From the IMG/VR virus record IMGVR_UViG_3300031746_000028, positions 1 to 51,966 of that record: DNA of 51,966 nt, one strand, 5' to 3'. Below the pieces are notes generated by a model that was given only the letters and a program-made list of their open reading frames with translations, did not search any database and was not told the DNA's origin. Positions 9,046 through 16,850 of the stretch are shown here, piece after piece; the first letter of the stretch is position 1, and each line of letters opens with the position of its first letter. The translations under genes were made by a program, and so were the position numbers. The DNA comes from a virus (Duplodnaviria; Caudoviricetes).

Positions 9046-10080
9046 ATGCCGAAGGGCGATGCTCGGAAGCTGCACGCCAGCCTCGAAGACGGCCACCTCA
9101 AGCTGTCCAACCTCTTGGTGGAGGCGCTCTGCTGCGCACCCCTAAGCTCCACTGAGATCGCCGTCTTCTTGTTCGTGGTGAGACGCACCTATGGCTGGGC
9201 CAGCCCCAAGGACAAGCGCAGCGGGCGTCTCGACGTGATGACCGCCGCCGAGATCGCCATGGGAACCGGACGGCCGCGGCGCACCGTCGAGAAGGCACTC
9301 ACCAACCTGGTGCGACTGCACGTCATCCTGATGATCGAGACAGTACCAGGGGTGATCGGCCGCCCGCGCGCCTACGGGCCGAACCCGGACGTGGCTTCTT
9401 GGGGACATACCCGCGAGTGGTTCGACTTTCACGGCAATCTGCGGGAGGCGCATGAGCGAGGTGTATACTACCCGCAAACGCGCAGTCACACTACACCATT
9501 GCGGGTAATGTCACTACCCGAAAACGACGGTGACATTACGCCAGACAGAGTAATGTCACTACCCGAAAACGACGGTGACATTACCCGCGAACGCGTATTG
9601 TCAACACCCGTAGCTCAGGGTAATGACACTACGCGAAAGAGTGTCAACGAACAGCCCCTGAACCCAAGAGTCCCAACGCCTCCCCTACCTCCTAGAGCCA
9701 TTGACGTAGACAGCCATCCTTTGACGTCCCACAAGACAAAAGGCCTAGAGCCATTGACGTCGGGACAGCCACACGGCGACGCCGCGCGCGAGGGTGGCGA
9801 AAGCCTGCCGGCCGCTGGCACGGCTGACGGGCCTGCGCTTGCGCTGGTAGGTCAACGGCCAGAGGCCGGGCCCGGCACGGCTGACGACCACGACACCCCG
9901 CAGCCCGGAGAGATCCTCGCCGAGTTCCTCACCAGGCGCGGAGCCGTCGTCCCCACATTCGACACCGTCCCCGGGCCGAACACCAACCCCATGTACCTGC
10001 GGCCTGACGGCACCCTGAAGTCGCAGGAAGAGTTGCTCGCCGACCTCGAAGCAGCCGCCGCCCAGGAGCAGGCCCCGTGA
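9046..10080 (+). CDS. Replication initiator, lambda O-like N-terminal domain
   Basis: LVEALCCAPLSSTEIAVFLFVVRRTYGW plus wHTH; internal iteron-like repeats. Confidence 0.8.
   Translation: MPKGDARKLHASLEDGHLKLSNLLVEALCCAPLSSTEIAVFLFVVRRTYGWASPKDKRSGRLDVMTAAEIAMGTGRPRRTVEKALTNLVRLHVILMIETVPGVIGRPRAYGPNPDVASWGHTREWFDFHGNLREAHERGVYYPQTRSHTTPLRVMSLPENDGDITPDRVMSLPENDGDITRERVLSTPVAQGNDTTRKSVNEQPLNPRVPTPPLPPRAIDVDSHPLTSHKTKGLEPLTSGQPHGDAAREGGESLPAAGTADGPALALVGQRPEAGPGTADDHDTPQPGEILAEFLTRRGAVVPTFDTVPGPNTNPMYLRPDGTLKSQEELLADLEAAAAQEQAP
9501..9640. repeat. Putative replication origin: two 35-bp palindromic direct repeats plus a degenerate third
   Basis: gtaatgtcactacccgaaaacgacggtgacattac at 9505-9539 and 9550-9584; each has arms GTAATGTCAC/GTGACATTAC. 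Confidence 0.75.
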
Positions 10081-10328
10081 CCACCGACACCCGCACCCCG
10101 GCCCAGGAGCGCGCCCACATGCTCGCCTCCGCCAGGGGCGCCGTCCGCGACCTCCTGGAGAACCCGGTGTTCATGGTTCCCGCCACCGGCGCCCATGACT
10201 GGTACCGCATCGGCCAGATCGTCGCCGCCAGCTACAGGCATCCGCTCGCCGGCCAAGCCGTCGCCGAGATCAGCCAACGGCTCGGGCTGGCACGCTGGGT
10301 AGACCCGCGGGAGGGGGTCCGACAGTGA
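10077..10328 (+). CDS. Hypothetical protein
   Basis: Coupled ORF (GTGA at both ends). Confidence 0.6.
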   Translation: MTTDTRTPAQERAHMLASARGAVRDLLENPVFMVPATGAHDWYRIGQIVAASYRHPLAGQAVAEISQRLGLARWVDPREGVRQ

Positions 10329-10474
10329 CCGGCCCGCTGGGTGGCGCGAAGTGGCGCGTGGACCAGGGCGACGCCCTGGAGCTGGTGCGCGGGCTCCCCG
10401 AGGGCTGCGTCAACTGCGTGGTCACGTCGCCATACTTGACACCGATACCGCAATATGGTGTCATGGTCCCATGA
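10325..10474 (+). pseudogene. Orphaned N-terminal fragment of a DNA amino-methyltransferase
   Basis: WRVDQGDALELVRGLPEGCVNCVVTSPY, then runs into HNH promoter sequence and stops. Confidence 0.8.
10436..10464 (+). promoter_or_regulatory. Sigma70-like promoter for a leaderless HNH transcript
   Basis: TTGACA-17 bp-TGTCAT (TG-extended); ATG lies 6 nt downstream. Confidence 0.55.
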
Positions 10475-11046
10475 GCACCAACACCGGACGGTTCAAGCCT
10501 GGGCAGCACTGGCGCAAGCCGAGGGAGCACTGGCAGCGTGACTGGCTGGAGCATGAGTATGTCGTAAAGGGCCGCAGCGCGGCGGAGATCGCGGACCAGC
10601 AGGGTATCACTGAGAACGCGATCTTCTACTGGCTGGACAAGCTCGGTATCCCGAGACGCACTATCTCTGAGGCCCGGCAGGTGAAGTCGTGGGGACTATC
10701 CGGCTCGGACAACGGGATGCACGGCAAGCGCGGTGCGGTGTGCCCGAACTGGCGCGGGGGCATCACTCCAGCCCGGCAGTCCTGCTACTCACATACTGAC
10801 TGGGCAACCCTGATCGAAGTGGTCTGGTCCAGGGACGGGGGGCGCTGCCAGCGGTGCCGGTGTACTGCCGCCAGCCGACGCCGGATGCACATTCACCATC
10901 TGATACCCTTCGAGCAGTGTTCAGACGCCCAGCGGATAGACGCCGAAGTCTGCCTGCTACTGTGCTCCAAGTGCCACGGGTGGGTTCACAGCAAGCAGAA
11001 CGCCGGCCGGGACTTCTTCATGGAGGGAGGTGCCACCGATGTTTGA
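10471..11046 (+). CDS. HNH homing endonuclease with N-terminal HTH
   Basis: RSAAEIAD HTH, PNWRGG, RDGGRCQRC...HIHHLIPF...LLCSKCHGWVH. Confidence 0.88.
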   Translation: MSTNTGRFKPGQHWRKPREHWQRDWLEHEYVVKGRSAAEIADQQGITENAIFYWLDKLGIPRRTISEARQVKSWGLSGSDNGMHGKRGAVCPNWRGGITPARQSCYSHTDWATLIEVVWSRDGGRCQRCRCTAASRRRMHIHHLIPFEQCSDAQRIDAEVCLLLCSKCHGWVHSKQNAGRDFFMEGGATDV

Positions 11047-12855
11047 CCCTCTCGACGGAGCGAGGTTCAAGGTGATTGAGGCGGACTGTTTGACGGCGCT
11101 GCGCGAACTACCAGACGGTTGCGTGAACTGCGTCGTAACCAGCCCGCCTTACTGAAGTAGTGGGGATTGAGGGACTATGGCACCGGGACCTGGGAGGGCG
11201 GAGAAGAGGACTGTGACCACAAGCAGGAGACCCGCCACCAGGCACAGGGAAAGACGAGTTCCCGGCAGGGTCGCTCCAACGTGGAGGCGCAGCGATCAGA
11301 GAACTTCCGAGGCGCCTGCGGCAAGTGCGGGGCCGTCCGCGTTGACCAGCAGATGGGCCTGGAGCCGACGCTCGAAGCCTACGCGGCGGGCATGGTCGCG
11401 GTCTTCGAGGAAGTCAGGCGAGTGCTGAGGCCCGATGGGACCTGCTGGGTGAATCTCGGCGACAGTTACGCCTGCGCCGCGAACGGGCGGGCAGCGAAGA
11501 ACATCGTGAACGACGACCGCGCCTTCAGGGACAAGCCCTTCGCAACTGCCGTAGGTGGCCTCAAGCCGAAGGACCTGGTAGGGATGCCGTGGCGCGTCGC
11601 CCTCGCCCTCCAGGCCGCCGGCTGGTGGCTGCGCAGCGACATTGTGTGGGCAAAGCCGAACCCGATGCCGGAGAGCATCACCGACCGCCCGACGCGGAGC
11701 CACGAGTACCTGTTCCTGCTGACGAAGAGCGCGAGGTACTGGTACGACGCTGACGCGGTGCGGGAGCCTGCCGCGACCCAAGTGGTCAAGATGCCTGATG
11801 GTTGGGATACCGGGCAGGGTGGTCATGGATCCATGCATCGTGACGGGCGCGAGAAGGGCCAGCCGAATGCCACCGTGACCTCGGGCCGCAATCTGCGCTC
11901 AGTTTGGCAGATCGCGACCGCCCCCTTCCCTGACGCCCACTTCGCCACGTTCCCGCCGAAGCTCGTGGAGCCCTGCGTCCGCGCGGGCTGCCCTTCTGTC
12001 GTTTGCTCGAAGTGTGGTTCGCCCTTGACAATCGCCGTAGATGGTGTATACTCGTTGCATGGAAACCACAAAGCCCCCAAGCAGAATACCGTACAAGAGG
12101 AACTGCGACGTGTGCGGCCGGTACTACGAGGGCAGGGGGCAGATGGCCTGCAGCCTCAGGTGCTCGAATGTCCTGGCCGGGGCCAAGAGACGCAAGCCGG
12201 AGCAGCCGTGCGAACACTGTGGGAAGATGTTCAAGCAACGGAACCGCGCGAGGTTCTGCAGCCAGAGATGCTCGACGATGTACGCGATAGGACACGGCAC
12301 CCACAATGTCTTTGCATGGGCGGGGACGGAAAAGCACCCTCCGAACTACAAGGGCGGGAAGTCGGACGACAAGGGGTATGTGAGAATCTACGCTCCCAAT
12401 CACTACCCAGGCCAGAAGACCAACTACATCATGGAACACCGCCTTGTGATGGAGAAGACCCTCGGACGCCAGCTGACGAGGAAGGAGTTTGTCCACCATC
12501 GCAACGGGATCAAGAACGACAACCGGCCCGAGAATCTCGAACTGGTAGCCCGCAACCCCCACGCCGGAGAGGTGACGTGCCCCCATTGCCAGGGGACGTT
12601 CTTCCTCAGATGAGCCCCTGCTGTTCTGCGCCCACCGTCCCCGGCCTCGTGTTCGACCCCTTCTGCGGTTCGGGCACGACGTTGGCGGTGGCATTGGCTG
12701 AGGGGCGCCGGGCGCTGGGGTTTGAACTCAACCCCGAGTACGTGCAGATGGCTGAGCAGAGGGCGCGGAAGGCCGAGCGTGAGTACCAGCCCCCGCTGTT
12801 TGCGGGGCCACCCCATGAAGGCAGGTACCGCCATGAAGAAGAACCAGCCAGCTAA
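11039..12855 (+). CDS. Beta-class N4-C/N6-A DNA methyltransferase, interrupted by an 8-nt insert (11153-11160) and a nested HNH gene
   Basis: 11039-11152 IEADCLTALRELPDGCVNCVVTSPPY; from 11161 WGLRDYG...WVNLGDSY...KPKDLVGMPWRVA...HFATFPPKLV...DPFCGSGTT...GFELNPEY. Confidence 0.88.
12025..12052 (+). promoter_or_regulatory. Internal sigma70-like promoter for the nested leaderless HNH gene
   Basis: TTGACA-16 bp-TATACT; ATG lies 6 nt downstream at 12059. Confidence 0.7.
12059..12613 (+). CDS. HNH endonuclease (HNH_3-type) with Zn-finger repeats, nested in another frame of the methyltransferase
   Basis: CDVCG..ACSLRC, CEHCGK..FCSQRC, NYKGG, EHRLVMEKTLGRQL..EFVHHRNGIKNDNRPENLEL. Confidence 0.92.
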   Translation: METTKPPSRIPYKRNCDVCGRYYEGRGQMACSLRCSNVLAGAKRRKPEQPCEHCGKMFKQRNRARFCSQRCSTMYAIGHGTHNVFAWAGTEKHPPNYKGGKSDDKGYVRIYAPNHYPGQKTNYIMEHRLVMEKTLGRQLTRKEFVHHRNGIKNDNRPENLELVARNPHAGEVTCPHCQGTFFLR

Positions 12856-13258
12856 CACCACCGTCGAGGAGAAGGAGGACCAGCTACGCAAGCTCGGCTT
12901 CATCCACGTTCCGCCACACGCCCTACGGTCTGCCCACGGCCGACAGGGGAAGTACCTCTACGTCAGTGGTGCGCAGGGTGTGCCTAAGCGCCTATACTTC
13001 TCGCGTGAGTTGGCTCGCGAAGCCGGGCTGGAGGTAGGCTCCTATGTGGACGTCTTCCAGAGCGGGCACCAGTTGGCCATCGTCGCTGGATCCGGGGAAG
13101 TCGTCGTGACCAAGATAGGTACAAGTGTGACCCTGTCCTGCTCCCGGCTGCTGGAAGAACTTGGCCTCGCGGTCGGCGACCGGCTCACGGCCGCGGTCAA
13201 GGACGGCGTGATCTTCACGGTGGCGCGATCCGCAGCCGAGAAGGCGAGTGCCCGATGA
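12833..13258 (+). CDS. Hypothetical protein, AbrB-like swapped-hairpin repeats possible
   Basis: ELAREAGLEVGSYV and LLEELGLAVGDRL repeats. Confidence 0.5.
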   Translation: MKKNQPANTTVEEKEDQLRKLGFIHVPPHALRSAHGRQGKYLYVSGAQGVPKRLYFSRELAREAGLEVGSYVDVFQSGHQLAIVAGSGEVVVTKIGTSVTLSCSRLLEELGLAVGDRLTAAVKDGVIFTVARSAAEKASAR

Positions 13259-13800
13259 CCACGCTCCTCCTGCTCACCACACTGACCAGCCCGGGCACCG
13301 ACACCGCCGTCCACCAGGAGCGTGTCGCGAAGTGCCGGGCCATCTGGCAGGCGTCCGCTCCGTGGAGCTACTCACCGGAGTTGGCCGAGTTCTTCGTGAC
13401 CGAGCATGAGCGGCAATGCGTCGGGGATCAGTGGTGGTGGAGCCTCTGCAATGCGCGGTACGCCAGTGGCCTCAACCCACGCATGAGCTGTCGCGGCGGC
13501 GGCATGTGGTCGCGTGGGCTCATGGACTGCACACAGTTGAACCGACCGCGCAGTGCCTTCCGGGACCTGGGGACGGCGAACCTGTTCGACGCCCGGGTGA
13601 GCATCCGTAACCACTGCTTTGAGGCCGGAGACTATCACCGTTGGACTGGACGCGAGGGTTGGTCACTCCTGCGCATGGTTTTCCTGCCGCGCAGTCCAGA
13701 CGGTCGGCGGGCCAGGGCCGAGGTGCCGAAGTGGCGGCGAGTCGAACGGCAACACCAGCGGTACCTACAGAGCTGGTACCAGAAACGAGGAAGCCGATGA
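13255..13800 (+). CDS. Hypothetical protein, degenerate lytic-transglycosylase-like
   Basis: ASGLNPRMS...SRGLMD...NLFDARVSI resembles SLT ES.NP..GLMQ..LFDP but lacks the catalytic Glu. Confidence 0.4.
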   Translation: MTTLLLLTTLTSPGTDTAVHQERVAKCRAIWQASAPWSYSPELAEFFVTEHERQCVGDQWWWSLCNARYASGLNPRMSCRGGGMWSRGLMDCTQLNRPRSAFRDLGTANLFDARVSIRNHCFEAGDYHRWTGREGWSLLRMVFLPRSPDGRRARAEVPKWRRVERQHQRYLQSWYQKRGSR

Positions 13801-13828
13801 GCGCCACCGTGCAGTCAGTTCGCGAGGT

Positions 13829-14059
13829 GACCGCCCCGCCGTCGTCATCCCGGCCACGAAGGGGCGCGTCATGATGTTCCGGCCGCGCCTCGATCAGTGG
13901 GCAGTGAGCATGACTGTCTCCTGGGACCCGACGCGCTTGACGATGGACCAGTTGCGGACAGTGGTTGACGACTGCGGGCGGCGGGTGGGGATACTGGACT
14001 TCCGGCCCGAGCACAAGGTGCCATTCGGGCGCTTTGTCGTGACGCACTGGGAGGCTTAG
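13829..14059 (+). pseudogene. C-terminal part of a phage RAMP/Cas7-like protein (5'-truncated, or short version from ATG 13871)
   Basis: DRPAVVIPATKGRVMMFRPRLDQW...CGRRVGILDFRPEHKVPFGRFVV: G-rich loop and terminal FGRF strand. Confidence 0.6.
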
Positions 14060-14060
14060 A

Positions 14061-14145
14061 GGCTGGGCTGGGCTCGGCCTGGCCAGGCCGGGCACGGCGA
14101 GGCAAGGCGGGGCGAGGCGAGGCAAAGCAGGGCGACGCACCGCTC
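14061..14145 (+). repeat. Phased GGC-NN pentanucleotide array (candidate guide ncRNA)
   Basis: ggctg ggctg ggctc ggcct ggcca ggccg ggcac ggcga ggcaa ggcgg ggcga ggcga ggcaa agcag ggcga (cgcac cgctc). Confidence 0.85.
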
Positions 14146-14179
14146 GCAGTCGCAGCACCATCCGCACCAGGAGGCCAGC

Positions 14180-14539
14180 ATGGACCAGGCGCCCCACGAG
14201 CGCACTCAAGTCTACATCGTCCACCAGGACGGGACTAGCTACCGCCTCCGCTCCCACGAGGTGCGCGATTTTGCGGTCTATTGTTCCCTTGCCGAACGCG
14301 ACCTCCTGCCACAGACCGACAAGGGTGGCGCCAGCGAGTATGTGAGCTCGGCGGATCGCGTGGCCTGCCTCAAAAGCCACGCTCTCCGGGGCACGGAATG
14401 CGCTTGGACGCGTCGGCAGGAGACGATGGTGCTGGAGGAGTGGGAGGCGGACTGGGTGCGGCAGTTGCGGTCGGATCGGGAGCGGGCCTTCGCCCTCCTC
14501 CGTGAACTGGGCCTTGACAAGCCCCGCGCACCGGGTTAG
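14180..14539 (+). CDS. Hypothetical protein
   Basis: AGGAGG RBS, 119-aa ORF. Confidence 0.65.
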   Translation: MDQAPHERTQVYIVHQDGTSYRLRSHEVRDFAVYCSLAERDLLPQTDKGGASEYVSSADRVACLKSHALRGTECAWTRRQETMVLEEWEADWVRQLRSDRERAFALLRELGLDKPRAPG

Positions 14540-14542
14540 TAT
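14514..14542 (+). promoter_or_regulatory. Putative promoter upstream of the ParB/methyltransferase/terminase block
   Basis: TTGACA-17 bp-TAGTAT. Confidence 0.5.
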
Positions 14543-14579
14543 CTGGACCAATACGAAACACAGCGTCGTGTTTGCACAC

Positions 14580-14616
14580 CGGCCGTCCTGACACCAGGGC
14601 GGCCGTTTCCCTTTCC
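14580..14616 (+). terminator. Terminator-like hairpin
   Basis: cggccgtcctg-acac-cagggcggccg followed by tttccctttcc. Confidence 0.5.
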
Positions 14617-14626
14617 GGGGCCGGGC

Positions 14627-14839
14627 ATGTCTGCTCACGCAGCAGCACCTACCGCCGTCTCTCACACCCACTCTGCCATCACTGGCCACAACCGTCGCCG
14701 CCCCGGGCCCCGCCCGGCCCCGGAGCTACACCCGCTGATCGTGCTGGGCATGAGCCCCCGGCAACGGATCGAAGCGGCCTGCGCCGGCATGACATTCGCT
14801 GCCTGGGCAAGGCTCATGCGGGAGAGGCCGGGGCGGTGA
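14627..14839 (+). CDS. Possible small hypothetical protein
   Basis: 70-aa ORF coupled (GTGA) to the ParB-like gene; weak RBS. Confidence 0.35.
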   Translation: MSAHAAAPTAVSHTHSAITGHNRRRPGPRPAPELHPLIVLGMSPRQRIEAACAGMTFAAWARLMRERPGR

Positions 14840-15459
14840 GGAAGACGCCAGTGGCGAAGAAGACGGCGGAGCAACCGGCACCGGCACCGGCGCTGACGCT
14901 GGACAAGCTCTTCCCGGTCCAGTGGTACAACCTCACCGACCTGAAGGGCCATCCCGACAACCCGCGCCAGCATAGCGACGAGAACGTGGCCGAACTCCAG
15001 GCCAGCCTGGACGAAGACGACTGGCTGCAGAACGTGGTGGTCTCTTCGGACGGGTTCCTGCTCGGCGGGCATGGCATCTGTATGGCGGCGACGAAGCTCG
15101 GGATGACACGGGTGCCGGGGCGCGCCTACCCGCTGCCCCATGACCACCCGAAGAGCCTCAAGGTCATGGTCAAGCTGAACACGCTGGGGATGCCCCGCAA
15201 GGACGATCCGACCACGCCGCAGGACGACCAGGATATTCTCACGGGGCTACTGCGGAGCATCGCGGCGGAGAGTGAGCGCGGCTTGCAGGGGACCGGCATC
15301 ACCGAGGCGGCGCTTGAGGACATGCTCGCGGAGTTGGCGGCGCAGCATCCGCCCACGGGGTTCGTGCCTCCCGAGTTCCGCGAGTACGACGAGAATATTG
15401 ACCTGAGTAACGTCAAGCGGGCGACCTGCCCTGAGTGTGGCCATGAGTTTCCAGTGTGA
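14836..15459 (+). CDS. ParB/Srx N-terminal-domain protein with C-terminal CPECG knuckle
   Basis: LKGHPDNPRQHSDENVAELQASL...FLLGGHG; typical partner of phage methyltransferases. Confidence 0.85.
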   Translation: MRKTPVAKKTAEQPAPAPALTLDKLFPVQWYNLTDLKGHPDNPRQHSDENVAELQASLDEDDWLQNVVVSSDGFLLGGHGICMAATKLGMTRVPGRAYPLPHDHPKSLKVMVKLNTLGMPRKDDPTTPQDDQDILTGLLRSIAAESERGLQGTGITEAALEDMLAELAAQHPPTGFVPPEFREYDENIDLSNVKRATCPECGHEFPV

Positions 15460-16843
15460 CGGGGGCTGGCCACCGTTCCCAAAACCGCAAGCGAAACCGA
15501 TGACGGTCAGAGAAGCGTGGCAGGGCTTGCCGGACTTTGACAAGAGGCCGCTGGCGTTGTCGCCGCTCTTCAGCGCGTACTGGAGACGGGCGAAACCTGG
15601 AGACATTCTCGGGGGGCACTTCTCTTCGAGCAAGTTACACTGGGATCGGCCAGCGCCGACTATGCAGAAGTCAGAGACGAACGGCGGTCTGTACCACCCT
15701 GAAGAATGCCGAAGGTTACACGTCACTGAGATGGTGCGGTTGGGGTCCTTTGCAGACGGGTTTAGGTTCGCAGTCCCGGACCATCAAGCATTCCGGCAGG
15801 TTGGGAACGCAGTGCCTCCGGGTCTCATGCGTGGGATTGCCGAGGTAGTGAGAGACCACATCCTCATGGTCGACCAGTTCACCTACATTTCGACCTTCGC
15901 GGGCTGCGGCGGCTCCTCCCTCGGCTACAAGTGGGCCGGCGGCAAGGGTCTCCTGGCCATCGAGTTTGACGCCAACGCCGCCGCCACCTACCGGGCGAAC
16001 TTCGAGACGCCGGTCCTGGAGCGAGACATCTGCACGGTGACCGCCGCCGAGGTCCTCAAGCTGACGGGCCTGCGGGTCGGCGAACTTGACGTGCTGGATG
16101 GGTCGCCACCCTGCCAGGGCTTCTCGACTGCCGGCAAGCGCCAGATACATGACCCGCGTAACAGCCTCTTCCGGGAGTTCGTCCGGCTCATCGAGGGTTT
16201 GCAACCGAAGGTCTTCGTGATGGAGAACGTGAGCGGCCTCGTGAAGGGCAAGATGAAGTATGTCTTTGCGGAGATCATGCGCTGTCTCAAGGCCACCGGC
16301 TATGCCGTCCGTTGCAAGCTGCTGAACGCGATGTACTTCAACGTCCCGCAGTCACGGGAACGGCTCATCTGGATCGGGGTCCGGGCGGACATCGGGCGGG
16401 GGCCGGAGTTTCCGAAGGCGCAGGGGAAGCCGACTGGGTTTGCATTAGAGCAAGCCGGCGATGGCCCTTGGTGGCTGAACAAAGAACAGGTGGCTCAGAG
16501 GATCGAACACCGCAGTAGGCAAGAGGCTCGAGGTCATGGATGGGGGCATGTCTTCTATGATGGGGAAGGGCCATGTCCGACAGTGCCCAAAAACGGGTTC
16601 TGTTCGGCATCCCCCATACTTGTGAAGCAGTCTGGTGGATGGCGGCACTTAGTGTTGGGTGAGTTGAAGAGTGCCGGTTCCTATCCTTCTTCGTGGGCAT
16701 TCGTCGGTACTTGGCAGAATGCTTACCAGCGCATCGGCAACAGCGTCCCGCCGCGCTTCATGCAGGCCATCGCCGAGACCATCCGGGATGCCATCATCCT
16801 CCCGGCCAGGGCAGCCCGGCACCCCGTACCCGGAGCGAGTTGA
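15443..16843 (+). CDS. C5 cytosine DNA methyltransferase with an extra N-terminal TRD and motif IX/X module
   Basis: FAGCGG (I), GSPPCQGFS (IV), MENVSG (VI), QSRERL (VIII), GNSVPP (X); second QVGNAVPP upstream of motif I. Confidence 0.92.
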   Translation: MSFQCDGGWPPFPKPQAKPMTVREAWQGLPDFDKRPLALSPLFSAYWRRAKPGDILGGHFSSSKLHWDRPAPTMQKSETNGGLYHPEECRRLHVTEMVRLGSFADGFRFAVPDHQAFRQVGNAVPPGLMRGIAEVVRDHILMVDQFTYISTFAGCGGSSLGYKWAGGKGLLAIEFDANAAATYRANFETPVLERDICTVTAAEVLKLTGLRVGELDVLDGSPPCQGFSTAGKRQIHDPRNSLFREFVRLIEGLQPKVFVMENVSGLVKGKMKYVFAEIMRCLKATGYAVRCKLLNAMYFNVPQSRERLIWIGVRADIGRGPEFPKAQGKPTGFALEQAGDGPWWLNKEQVAQRIEHRSRQEARGHGWGHVFYDGEGPCPTVPKNGFCSASPILVKQSGGWRHLVLGELKSAGSYPSSWAFVGTWQNAYQRIGNSVPPRFMQAIAETIRDAIILPARAARHPVPGAS

Positions 16844-16850
16844 GTGACCT

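Noticed and set aside
10436-12613. Group I introns or inteins housing the HNH genes
   Set aside because: No flanking non-coding core sequence, and no intein C/S...HN termini; each HNH has its own promoter abutting methyltransferase codons
14061-14145. CRISPR array or simple microsatellite
   Set aside because: The 5-nt period has no repeat-spacer structure, and the variable dinucleotides are too diverse for plain slippage
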